A stretch of 64,000 nucleotides of DNA from an uncultured Lachnospiraceae bacterium (GTDB lineage: Bacteria > Bacillota > Clostridia > Lachnospirales > Lachnospiraceae), in assembly GCA_902793685.1 (NCBI GenBank), contig CADBEN010000002.1:129904-193903 (forward strand). The letters are read 5' to 3'. Positions 56,201-64,000 of this stretch are shown here, piece after piece (the stretch's first letter is position 1; every line of letters starts with the position of its first letter). The translations under genes and the position numbers were made by a program. A model generated the notes under the pieces. It was not told where the DNA came from. It saw only the letters and a list, made by a program, of their open reading frames with translations, and did no database searches.

Positions 56201-56453
56201 GTACGAGGGCCGGCCGAACATCCTGGATTACATCACCAACGGCGAGATCCAGCTGATCGTCAACTCTCCTGCCGGCAAGGACAGCGTCCACGACGACTCC
56301 TACCTCAGGAAGGCAGCCATCAAGCACAAGGTCACCTACATCACCACCATGGCGGCAGCCAAGGCGGCGGCCGAGGGCATCGCGCAGATCAAACGGCGCG
56401 GCGTCGGCGAAGTCAGATCCCTGCAGGAATGGCATGCGATGATCAAAGAATAA
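53235..56453 (+). CDS. carB: Carbamoyl-phosphate synthase, large subunit
   Basis: 1072 aa, conserved throughout ([24 protein letters not shown]; a second ATP-grasp half starting [19 protein letters not shown]). AAGGAGG SD. Confidence 0.97.
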   Translation: [1072 protein letters not shown]

Positions 56454-56472
56454 TACGGAATCCGGAGATATC

Positions 56473-56502
56473 AAAAAGGAGCTGCTCGGCAGCTCCTTTT
56501 TT
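56473..56502. terminator. Bidirectional terminator between carB and the SH3b gene
   Basis: AAAAAGGAGCTGC-TCG-GCAGCTCCTTTTTT, with an A-run before and a T-run after. Confidence 0.75.
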
Positions 56503-56553
56503 AATATCAGCGGGAGAAGGATCCTGAGATCTCTGTCCCGGTCCTTCGGTTAT

Positions 56554-57258
56554 TTACTTCAGATACGCGGAAACGACATATCCGTACTTTCCGGCTGCGG
56601 TATAGCCGTAGGCAAATCCGTTATTCTGCCAGTCGAGCACGTAGAAGATCTCTCCGTTGTGCAGTCTTCCGATCTCATTCGAATCGGAACGGACAGGGCT
56701 GCTGCGGAGCGCCAGATAATTCTTGGTCCCGGTTACGGTTTTGGCTGTGCCTGTCTGCTGCTGCGGCTGATAGCTCTGTGTCGGCTGGTAGGCCTGCGTC
56801 GGCTGGTAGCTCTGTGACGGATATCCCGGACCCTGCTGATACCCCGGACCCTGCTGGTAGTTCTGTGCCGGCGGATACCCCTGTGTTGACGGCGGGTAGC
56901 CCTGCTGCGGCTGGTAACTCTGCGTCGGCTGGTAGGCCTGCGTCGGCTGGTAAGCAGAACTCTGTCCCTGCTGGGTGTTCACCGGAGTGAGGTATTTGGC
57001 ATTTACGTACCCGTACTGGCCTTTGGTATTGTATCCGTACGCAAAGCCGTTCGTTCCGCTGCTGGTGACATAGAAGGTCTCTCCGTTGTACAGCTTTCCG
57101 ATCTCATTCCTCTCCGACGTCCTCGGCTCGGTCCTCAGCGCGAGATAATTCTTTGTCCCTGTGACGATGCAGGCGGTATCTGCGTAGACCGTGACCGGCA
57201 CGAGCAAAAGCAGCAGCGTCAGTATCATCAGGACTGCTTTTTTGACTCTGTTTCTCAT
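56554..57258 (-). CDS. Secreted protein with two SH3b-like domains joined by a Gln/Pro/Tyr-rich repeat linker
   Basis: Signal peptide. The module TGTKNYLALR...NEIG.L.NGE.FYV...NGFAYGY...G.YGYV.A.YL is duplicated. The linker is made of YQPTQ and QGPGY repeats. Confidence 0.7.
   Translation of the reverse strand: MRNRVKKAVLMILTLLLLLVPVTVYADTACIVTGTKNYLALRTEPRTSERNEIGKLYNGETFYVTSSGTNGFAYGYNTKGQYGYVNAKYLTPVNTQQGQSSAYQPTQAYQPTQSYQPQQGYPPSTQGYPPAQNYQQGPGYQQGPGYPSQSYQPTQAYQPTQSYQPQQQTGTAKTVTGTKNYLALRSSPVRSDSNEIGRLHNGEIFYVLDWQNNGFAYGYTAAGKYGYVVSAYLK
56761..56952. repeat. 48-bp direct repeat (two copies 96 bp apart) within the SH3b gene linker
   Basis: 56761-56808 versus 56905-56952, 45 of 48 identical. 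Both encode YQPTQAYQPTQSYQPQQ. Confidence 0.8.
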
Positions 57259-57403
57259 CTGTTATCCCTCCCTTTCCCAGGTTTTATTCGCTGTTCTCAT
57301 TATACTATGCGGCCAATGTAATTCGAACCACAATTTTCCTACAGGATTCTTAATCTTCTGGCACATTCCTCCTGTTCAGACCGCCTTCCGACGTTTTTCC
57401 CCC

Positions 57404-58582
57404 TCAGATCATTTCCCGGATCTCTTCCGGACTGTATCCCAGGGCGGAAAGCACCTCCTCCGTGTGGTATCCTTCCGGATATCCGGCGTGGTCATAGCGC
57501 GGGGGACACTTGGAAAGATGAAGCGGGTTCCCCATCTGGGTCACGGAAACCGTCTCTTTTCCGGCAGAAGGCACCTTCACCTCGGGCCACATGCCGCGGG
57601 ACTTAAGATGCGGATCCCGGGACACTTCTCCGAGGCTCATCACCGGTTCCACGCAGGCGTCCAGCTTCCCGAATATCTCTGTCCACGCCTCCCTGCTTCG
57701 GGTCCGGAAGATCTCCCGGAAGGTATTCTTCACTTCCCGGATCCCTTCCTCTGTCCGCAGCAGCTTTCCGTCCCTCCACTCCGGCTTTCCCAGGCCGTCG
57801 CAGAGCGCCGCAAAGAATTTCGGTTCCAGGGAACCGACGCTCATGTACCCCCCATCAGATGTCTCATAAAAATCGTAGATCTGCCCGCCGTTCAGGAGTC
57901 CGTTCTCCCGGGCGGGCTCCGGGCCTCCCGCAAAGAAGGAAGCGCCGTCCATGGAGTTGAAGGGGATCACGCAGTCCTGCATGGAGATATCGATGGACTG
58001 GCCCTCTCCCGTCTTCTCACGGTAAAGGAGCGCCGCCAGGATCGAAGCCACCGCTCCCATGGAGCCGCCGGCCACATCCGCGATCTGGAAGTTGTAGAGA
58101 CCGGGACCGCCAAGCTTCCTCCCCGCCGCATACGCGACGCCGGAGCGCGCCAGGTAATTGATGTCATGGCCTGCTCGCTTTGAAAATCCTCCCGTCTGGC
58201 CATATCCCGTGATGGCACAGTAGATGACCCGCGGGTTCACAGCCTTCAGGGCTTCGTATCCGATCCCCAGGCGGTCCATCACTCCCGGGCGGAACTGTTC
58301 TACTACGATGTCGTAATCCATCACCAGGCGTTTCACGGCCTCCACCGCGGCAGGTTTTTTCAGATCGAGAAAGATCGTTTTCTTGTTTCTTCCGAGCCAC
58401 GCCTGGGCCCCGGTCACTTCCGTGCCTTTCACCTTCGGCGGCCAGTTCACTACGAGATCAAATCTGTCCTTGCTGCTGACCTTCAGCACCTCCGCCCCCA
58501 GATCTCCGAGGACCATAGTGGCGTAAGGTCCCGGAAGCAGCGTGCTGAAATCCAGAATTTTATATCCCTCAAGTGCATTCAT
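57404..58582 (-). CDS. Family III CoA-transferase (CaiB/BaiF / alpha-methylacyl-CoA racemase-like)
   Basis: LEGYKILDFSTLLPGPYATMVLGDLGAEVLKV N-terminus. An alternative start lies 18 nt upstream. Confidence 0.85.
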   Translation of the reverse strand: MNALEGYKILDFSTLLPGPYATMVLGDLGAEVLKVSSKDRFDLVVNWPPKVKGTEVTGAQAWLGRNKKTIFLDLKKPAAVEAVKRLVMDYDIVVEQFRPGVMDRLGIGYEALKAVNPRVIYCAITGYGQTGGFSKRAGHDINYLARSGVAYAAGRKLGGPGLYNFQIADVAGGSMGAVASILAALLYREKTGEGQSIDISMQDCVIPFNSMDGASFFAGGPEPARENGLLNGGQIYDFYETSDGGYMSVGSLEPKFFAALCDGLGKPEWRDGKLLRTEEGIREVKNTFREIFRTRSREAWTEIFGKLDACVEPVMSLGEVSRDPHLKSRGMWPEVKVPSAGKETVSVTQMGNPLHLSKCPPRYDHAGYPEGYHTEEVLSALGYSPEEIREMI

Positions 58583-58734
58583 CTGTCTGTCCTTTCCCAT
58601 GTGCTCATTTCTCCGGCGCCTGTATTTCCCCGCCGGACTGTCCGCCGGCTGAATCTGTAACCATTATACCGCTTCCCCGGCTGCCGGACCGGATTTCCGG
58701 ACACAGAAAGAAAAAACGGCCTCCCGGACATGGA

Positions 58735-58773
58735 AAAAAGAGCCGGCCTCCGCAAAAGGGAGGCCGGCTCTGT
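58735..58773 (-). terminator. Rho-independent terminator after pfp
   Basis: Minus strand: AGAGCCGGCCTCC-CTTTTGC-GGAGGCCGGCTCT followed by TTTTTT. Confidence 0.75.
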
Positions 58774-58790
58774 CTGTTCAGTCAGCAGGA

Positions 58791-60062
58791 TCAGCTGGTC
58801 TGGATGTTCATGTACTTGTCGCGGTATCCGCTGGGATTCATGACAAGGTGTCTCGGAAGGCCGTCGACCATCATCGGGTTGTAGTGGCCCTGGATCAGCG
58901 GGCGGACATACTCGATGAACTCTTCGGTGACGCCGTCACCCTCTTCATTGATCCAGTTTCTCGGAACGACCTTCTCGTCGTTCGCGATGCGGTGCACGTC
59001 ATAGACGCCGGTCGCGCTCTGGTACGGATCGTCAGAGACACGGTCGATGACTGCCATGACGCCGGTGGAACCCTCGTCAGCAGCCTTGATGGTAGCGCCG
59101 CCGACCATGTATGCTTCGTCGACGTCGACCTTGGAAGCAAGGTGCGCTGCTGCTCTCTGCAGGGTGGAGAACTCCACGCCTCTGGTCTTGCAGCCCAGCT
59201 TCTGGTTGATCAGGTTCGCAAGGAATGCAGCGGTGCCGGTCATCTGGATGTGGCCGAACGCGTCCTTGGACTCGGAGCCGGCGGTGAACTCGCAGACATA
59301 CTTGCCCTCTGCGGTGCGGATGCCCTCGGAGACAGCGACAACGACGACGTCCTTCTGCTGAAGCAGGGAATCGACCTTTGCGACAAAGTTGTCAAGATCG
59401 AACGGAACCTCCGGAAGGTAGATCAGATCCGGTCCGTCGCAGTCCTCGCCCTTTGAAAGAGCGCTTGCGCCGACCAGCCAGCCTGCATTGCGGCCCATGA
59501 TCTCGATGATGGTGACGTTCTTCTTCTTGTAAGAGAAGCCCAGAGCGTCGCGGATGATCTCCTTGGTGGAAGCGGCGATGTACTTCGCAGCGCTGCCGAA
59601 GCCCGGGGTGTGGTCCGTGATGGCCAGATCGTTGTCGATGGTCTTCGGGCAGCCGACGAACTTCTGCTTTGCGCCGGTCAGAAGTGCGTAGTCAGACAGC
59701 TTCTTGATGGTGTCCATGGAATCGTTTCCGCCGATGTAGATGAATACTTCGATATCCATCTTGTCCAGCAGAGCGAAGATTCTCTCATAGACTGCCTTAT
59801 CCTGATGGATCTCCGGCAGCTTGTAGCGGCAGGTGCCGAGGAATGCGGAGGGAGTTCTCTTCAGGAGCTCCAAATCCAGCTCGTTCTTGACGTAGTCGGA
59901 CATATCGATGTACTGCTCGTCAATAAAGCCCTGGATGCCGTAACGCATACCATAGACCTTGTTGTATCCGCGCTCCATCGCGTTCTTGTAGACGCCTGCA
60001 AGGCTGGAGTTGATGACTGCTGTGGGTCCGCCGGACTGACCGACAATGACATTGCCTTTCAT
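58791..60062 (-). CDS. pfp: Pyrophosphate-dependent 6-phosphofructokinase-like enzyme
   Basis: GQSGGPTAVINSS, IGGNDS and PKTIDNDL motifs. Lys in PKTIDND is the PPi-type signature as I recall it. Confidence 0.8.
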   Translation of the reverse strand: MKGNVIVGQSGGPTAVINSSLAGVYKNAMERGYNKVYGMRYGIQGFIDEQYIDMSDYVKNELDLELLKRTPSAFLGTCRYKLPEIHQDKAVYERIFALLDKMDIEVFIYIGGNDSMDTIKKLSDYALLTGAKQKFVGCPKTIDNDLAITDHTPGFGSAAKYIAASTKEIIRDALGFSYKKKNVTIIEIMGRNAGWLVGASALSKGEDCDGPDLIYLPEVPFDLDNFVAKVDSLLQQKDVVVVAVSEGIRTAEGKYVCEFTAGSESKDAFGHIQMTGTAAFLANLINQKLGCKTRGVEFSTLQRAAAHLASKVDVDEAYMVGGATIKAADEGSTGVMAVIDRVSDDPYQSATGVYDVHRIANDEKVVPRNWINEEGDGVTEEFIEYVRPLIQGHYNPMMVDGLPRHLVMNPSGYRDKYMNIQTS

Positions 60063-60153
60063 TCTGCTTCTTCCTTCTTTCTTAAAAAATGATTCAAAGT
60101 GCCGCGTTTTCAGAGACTATTCTGACAATTTATCCTTTAAACGCATTGCGATT

Positions 60154-60182
60154 ATTTTAGCATGAACACCGCATGTACGCAA
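60154..60182 (-). promoter_or_regulatory. Candidate promoter of pfp
   Basis: Minus strand: TTGCGT, 17 nt, (TGc)TAAAAT. Confidence 0.45.
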
Positions 60183-60219
60183 GTGAAAACCGTGCCCGGA
60201 CCGAAGCTCCGGACACGGT
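60181..60219 (-). terminator. Terminator after the patatin / small ORF / DUF975 operon
   Basis: 12-bp stem with one mismatch (AACCGTGTCCGG / CCGGGCACGGTT), followed on the minus strand by TTCACTT. Confidence 0.5.
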
Positions 60220-60261
60220 TCTCTTTTCATGTATCATCCGCCATGGAATGCCGCATTGATT

Positions 60262-60987
60262 TCAGCCGGCGCAGGAATAACCGCCAAGCTCCGGGACCTT
60301 ATGCTTCAGAGTCCGGTAAAGCTCCGCGTTCGTCGCGTAAATATACGGGTTTGTCCACAGAACGCCGGCCACCATGCAGGTGATGACGGAGACCAGCACC
60401 CATCCGAGAAACGACAGGCCCAGGACGAAGGCTTTCCACTTCTCTCCGTCCATCATGCGGCGGGAAAGACTGATCGCGTCTGTTCCGGAAATCTCCGGAT
60501 GCTCCGCCAGAATGAACGGCACCATCATGTAAGAATAGGACTTCACGATGGCAGGGATAATGAAGAGAAACGCCCAGAAAAACAGAAACAGATCCTTCAG
60601 GAACATCGTAAAGACGACCCCGAGATAATTGTTTTTGAACCCCTCTGCTACTTCGTTCAGGGAAGCGTCCGGACGCTCGCTGTTTTTCACGAAGAACCGG
60701 CTGGCGCCGACGCTCAGCGGGTTGAGAAGGAACAGCTTTACCAGAAACGCTCCCGCGGCGATGGTCGCCAGAATGGCGCAGATCATCGCCACGACTCTCG
60801 GATCGATGTTCTGTATATCGATGGTGGTGCTTCCTCCCGCAGTCCCGACTGCCTGTCCGCCGGTTCTCACACTTCCGCCGACACTGCCCGCGGTAAATGC
60901 CATGACAAGTCCTGCGATGACACTCTTCCAGTAATTGCTCTTGAAGGCGGTCTTCGCCCTCTCTTTAAGTTCTGCTCTTGTCCACAT
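60262..60987 (-). CDS. DUF975-family membrane protein
   Basis: MWTRAELKERAKTAFKSNYWKSVIAGLV N-terminus and multiple TM helices. AAGGAGG SD 15 nt after the upstream stop. Confidence 0.7.
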   Translation of the reverse strand: MWTRAELKERAKTAFKSNYWKSVIAGLVMAFTAGSVGGSVRTGGQAVGTAGGSTTIDIQNIDPRVVAMICAILATIAAGAFLVKLFLLNPLSVGASRFFVKNSERPDASLNEVAEGFKNNYLGVVFTMFLKDLFLFFWAFLFIIPAIVKSYSYMMVPFILAEHPEISGTDAISLSRRMMDGEKWKAFVLGLSFLGWVLVSVITCMVAGVLWTNPYIYATNAELYRTLKHKVPELGGYSCAG

Positions 60988-61002
60988 GTTTCTGTACCTC
61001 CT

Positions 61003-61392
61003 TTATTTCTGCCCGGCGCCGGCAATGGAGCGGGCTCCGTAAGGATCCTCCTCCATGAAGGGCTGCCAGTGATACTCTGTCAGATCTTCGCAGTCATCCG
61101 CCACATTGTCCAGGACACCCAGGATCGGAAAGGCTTCCGGCGATTCGTCCCGCGCCGTAAGGAGATCCGGGAAGGACCGGATCACATCCTTCTCCGTGAT
61201 CCCGATCCGTTCCACCCGGCAGAACGCGTCATCGTACGCGCTGTTCTTCAGAAGACGGTACGTTCTCACGCCGCCGCAGTCCGTGACCGCCGCGTAAACC
61301 GTCTCCCCGTCCGGCGCAGCAGTCTCCGCCTCCGCGAGAAAACACTCGTTGTTCCAGGCTGCGTCGATCCGCAGCAGCTTATACCTTCCCAT
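61003..61392 (-). CDS. Hypothetical small acidic protein
   Basis: 129-aa ORF. GAAGGGAG SD inside the patatin 3' end, with a 14-nt overlap. No family recognised. Confidence 0.5.
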   Translation of the reverse strand: MGRYKLLRIDAAWNNECFLAEAETAAPDGETVYAAVTDCGGVRTYRLLKNSAYDDAFCRVERIGITEKDVIRSFPDLLTARDESPEAFPILGVLDNVADDCEDLTEYHWQPFMEEDPYGARSIAGAGQK

Positions 61393-62572
61393 CCTGAGTC
61401 ACTCCCTTCGTTTTGTGAAGCCAGCGCATGAGTATCTTCACACATTCCGGAGCATCCTTCGGAATCTCCTGCTCCGCGATGCGGTCCGCAAGCGTTTTCT
61501 CCGGGTAAACTTCAAAACGCTCGACACCCGTACATTTCGCCGCTTCCTCAAGCATGGCGGTCCAGAGTTCCCTGTAGGTCCAGTCTGCTCCGACAGAAAG
61601 TTCTCTGGCATATCCCGGAAGCGTCTGCTCAAGCCATGTGCGGTACCGGCTGTCCCGTTTCCGGATCAGATCGATCAGTCCCTTCTGGGAGTCGGGATCC
61701 ACACATTTCTCCAGCTCCAGCAGCCGTTCCAGGCAGTCCCGCTCTGATTCTTCCGAGTCCAGCAGATAATAGGTCTTCCCAGGAAGACCGTACAGTACCC
61801 GCATGGCTGTACAGTAGCCGATGGCCATATTCCTGTGCGCCGACTCCTTTGTGAAATCCAGGATCCCGCCCAGATCTTCATCCGGAGAGATCATGATCAT
61901 ATTCACGTCCTTCGGGATCCTGACCGGCTTGATCACACCGATCCCGTGGAGCCGGATCACAATGATGTCTTTATATCCTTTTTTCAGCAGCACGTCGACG
62001 GGAATGTTGTCCGTGACCCCTCCGTCGATCATAAACTGCTCCCGGGTCTTTTCCAGCCGGAACAGCGGCAGATAGGCTGTTGCAAGAAGATAATCGCGGA
62101 TTTCCTCATTCGTGCAGGTCCTGAGATCGATCGCCTCTTCGCCTTTTCCGACATTAAAGCTTACCACAGACAAGGTTCCCGGAAAAGCCCTGATCTTTTC
62201 ACACTTGACCCTCTTCGCGATCAGCTCTTTTAACGGTCCCGCGTCCAGGCCCCGGTTCCGGATGATCTCCCGGACCGTATCAAGTCTCTCGCGCAGACTC
62301 ATCCGTCCGTTCAGGAAGGCATCCGCGTCTTCATCGTTCACGTCCATGACCTGGCTGTAGGTCATATTCTCCCAGAGTGTTTCGGCTTCAGACACTTCCC
62401 CGGCCGCGATCAGTGCGCCGTTCAGCCCGCCGACACTGGTACCGGCGATCCCGCGGATCCTGACCCCGGCCTTGACCAGTGCTTTCCAGGCACCGATCTG
62501 GAAAGCCCCTTTCGCTCCTCCGCCTTCCAGTACAAGTCCATATTCTTTCGAGGTATCAATACGGGTCTTCAT
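61379..62572 (-). CDS. Patatin-like phospholipase with a ~150-aa C-terminal extension
   Basis: Oxyanion GGGAKGAF, nucleophile GTSVGG (GxSxG), Asp dyad DGGV. Confidence 0.85.
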   Translation of the reverse strand: MKTRIDTSKEYGLVLEGGGAKGAFQIGAWKALVKAGVRIRGIAGTSVGGLNGALIAAGEVSEAETLWENMTYSQVMDVNDEDADAFLNGRMSLRERLDTVREIIRNRGLDAGPLKELIAKRVKCEKIRAFPGTLSVVSFNVGKGEEAIDLRTCTNEEIRDYLLATAYLPLFRLEKTREQFMIDGGVTDNIPVDVLLKKGYKDIIVIRLHGIGVIKPVRIPKDVNMIMISPDEDLGGILDFTKESAHRNMAIGYCTAMRVLYGLPGKTYYLLDSEESERDCLERLLELEKCVDPDSQKGLIDLIRKRDSRYRTWLEQTLPGYARELSVGADWTYRELWTAMLEEAAKCTGVERFEVYPEKTLADRIAEQEIPKDAPECVKILMRWLHKTKGVTQDGKV

Positions 62573-62723
62573 CAGTTCCTCCGGTTTTTCCGAATCTTCG
62601 TTCTTAAGTTTCAGAAATCTGTATCTATCATATCAGAAATCCGCGTCTCTGTGCGTTCCTGCAGTGTCCTGCATGTGGTATGATAAAAAGAACTCATGAT
62701 ACGGCTTCAGAAAGGAGAAACCC

Positions 62724-63785
62724 ATGCGAATGGAACAGCTGGAGACGCCCGCCCTGGTCGTCGACCTTGATATTATGGAAGAAAATATGCGGACCATGGA
62801 CCGGCTGCTGGAAGGAACTCCCATCCGGCTCCGTCCCCATTATAAATCCCACAAGTGTCCCGCCATCGCGAAGCTGCAGCTGGAACACGGCGCAAAGGGA
62901 ATCTGCTGTGCCAAGCTCTCCGAAGCGGAGGACCTGATCCTTTCCGGCGTCGAGGACGTCCTGATCGCGAACCAGATCACCGCGCCTGCCAAGATCGCCC
63001 GCCTCGCGGTCCTCGCAGGGTACTGTGACCTGACGGTCTGTGTGGATGACGCGGACAATGTCGACGCGCTCCAGGCTGCCTGCGGACAGCAGGGAACGGA
63101 GCTCCGCTGCCTGGTAGAGTATGACATCGGCATGAACCGCTGCGGCGTCAAAACCAAGGAAGAAGTCTCCTCTCTTGCGCGTCATCTCCTCTATGCGCCT
63201 AACCTGATTTTCGAAGGCATCCAGGCCTACGCCGGGAACCTGGCCCACGAAGAGGATATAGTTCTTCGGAAACGGGAATCGGAGGCTGTCGAGGAAAAGG
63301 TCCGCGAACTGAAGAATTACCTTGAAGACCAGGGGATCTCCGTCAAGGAAGTCAGCGGCATCAGCACCGGGACCATCGACTTCCACGGGAAGGACAGCGT
63401 CTATACGGAGGCACAGTGCGGGAGCTATCTTTTCTCTGACACCTCATACCGGAAAGTCGGCGTCTCCTTCAGGAACGCCCTCTCTGTCCTTGCCACAGTG
63501 GTGAGTGCCCGTCCCGGCGCCATCGTCACGGATGCCGGCGTGAAGTCTCTCGCCATGGACCAGCGCCCGCCGGTCTTTGCGGCAGCGCCGGAGCTTTCCG
63601 TGAATTTCAGCGAAGAACACAGTGCCGTATACGGCGACGTCCCCGCAAAAAAACCCGGGGATATCATTCGGATCATCCCCGGGCACTGCTGCACCACAGT
63701 AAATCTGTATGACTGGATCTATCTGGTCCGCGACGGCCAGGTCGTCGACCGGCTTCCGGTCACCGGCCGCGGCCGCAGTCAGTAA
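62724..63785 (+). CDS. DSD1 / D-threonine aldolase-family PLP enzyme (alanine racemase-like N-terminal domain)
   Basis: LETPALVVDLDIMEENM and RPHYKSHKC (PLP Lys context). AAAGGAG SD. Confidence 0.8.
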   Translation: MRMEQLETPALVVDLDIMEENMRTMDRLLEGTPIRLRPHYKSHKCPAIAKLQLEHGAKGICCAKLSEAEDLILSGVEDVLIANQITAPAKIARLAVLAGYCDLTVCVDDADNVDALQAACGQQGTELRCLVEYDIGMNRCGVKTKEEVSSLARHLLYAPNLIFEGIQAYAGNLAHEEDIVLRKRESEAVEEKVRELKNYLEDQGISVKEVSGISTGTIDFHGKDSVYTEAQCGSYLFSDTSYRKVGVSFRNALSVLATVVSARPGAIVTDAGVKSLAMDQRPPVFAAAPELSVNFSEEHSAVYGDVPAKKPGDIIRIIPGHCCTTVNLYDWIYLVRDGQVVDRLPVTGRGRSQ

Positions 63786-64000
63786 CAGCCGCACTGCTGC
63801 CGGAAATCAAAGGAGAGCGCCGTTCCCGGCACATACAGTTCCTCCGACTGCGCATCGTAATAAAGTACGCGGTCCGCAAGCCGCTCCCGGGGCGAGACCT
63901 CGCTCTCATTGATGGCCTGTACCATATGATTCAGTTCCTCCACGTCATACGGTCCCTTGTTCGGCAGAAACAGGAATTCATGGATGCTGGACGGAAGAAG
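63779..64000 (-). CDS. 3' end of a gene running off the window; DUF5688-like C-terminus
   Basis: Open frame from the window edge: LLPSSIHEFLFLPNKGPYDVEELNHMVQAINESEVSPRERLADRVLYYDAQSEELYV...CGCY*. The SSIHE...L..MV..IN..EV....L.D.V..YD pattern matches my recollection of DUF5688. It overlaps the convergent gene by 7 nt. Confidence 0.45.
   Translation of the reverse strand, partial: LLPSSIHEFLFLPNKGPYDVEELNHMVQAINESEVSPRERLADRVLYYDAQSEELYVPGTALSFDFRQQCGCY

Noticed and set aside
53148-56474. 1108-aa ORF on the minus strand covering all of carB.
   Set aside because: It is exactly antisense to an unmistakable carB. Its composition is dominated by G, A, D, V, L and R with no recognisable motifs. 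This is a typical GC-rich shadow ORF.
57321-57330. GGTTCGAAT-like string (minus strand) resembling a tRNA T-loop.
   Set aside because: No complementary T-stem, acceptor stem or anticodon arm can be drawn around it. It overlaps the -35 region of the SH3b gene promoter.

Overview
GC-rich, gene-dense chromosomal segment that looks like a Clostridia (Lachnospiraceae/Oscillospiraceae-type) genome. The taxon is an inference from gene content: cell-wall-binding-repeat proteins, class 3 FBPase, PPi-PFK and a DUF5688-like gene. I call 63 protein-coding features, and all but eight are on the minus strand. Many are translationally coupled by ATGA start/stop overlaps. Most of the window is core metabolism. 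It contains dapF, a glnA-ANTAR regulator pair, an NAD salvage operon (pncB-nudC-nadE), fbp, purE-purM-purN-purD and pyrF-pyrK-pyrD-pyrE. It also contains rpoD-queH, birA, argF, tyrS, trmD, a solitary carB and pfp. I saw no rRNA, tRNA, CRISPR array, transposase or integrase. The left 7 kb looks accessory. It holds a GT2-MarR fusion, a cytoplasmic GH5, two secreted cell-wall-binding-repeat proteins, and a membrane-anchored EndoU-family RNase followed 2 nt later by an acidic orphan protein. That last pair is a candidate Sec-delivered toxin/immunity pair with a promoter-then-terminator leader, and it is the most interesting thing I see. Other items worth a second look are listed here.
- A small alarmone synthetase is separated by a single in-frame TGA from a signal-less fragment of a third cell-wall-binding-repeat gene.
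- The glnA leader is highly structured and sits next to an ANTAR regulator.
- A flavodoxin-trmD-xdhC operon is flanked by twin TTCCGGA-type palindromes.
- A patatin / small acidic protein / DUF975 operon has no assigned function.
All family assignments come from motif recognition by eye and none are database hits. Start codons were chosen from SD spacing and are approximate. The very long plus- or minus-strand ORFs lying antisense to recognisable genes are GC-driven shadow ORFs and were rejected.
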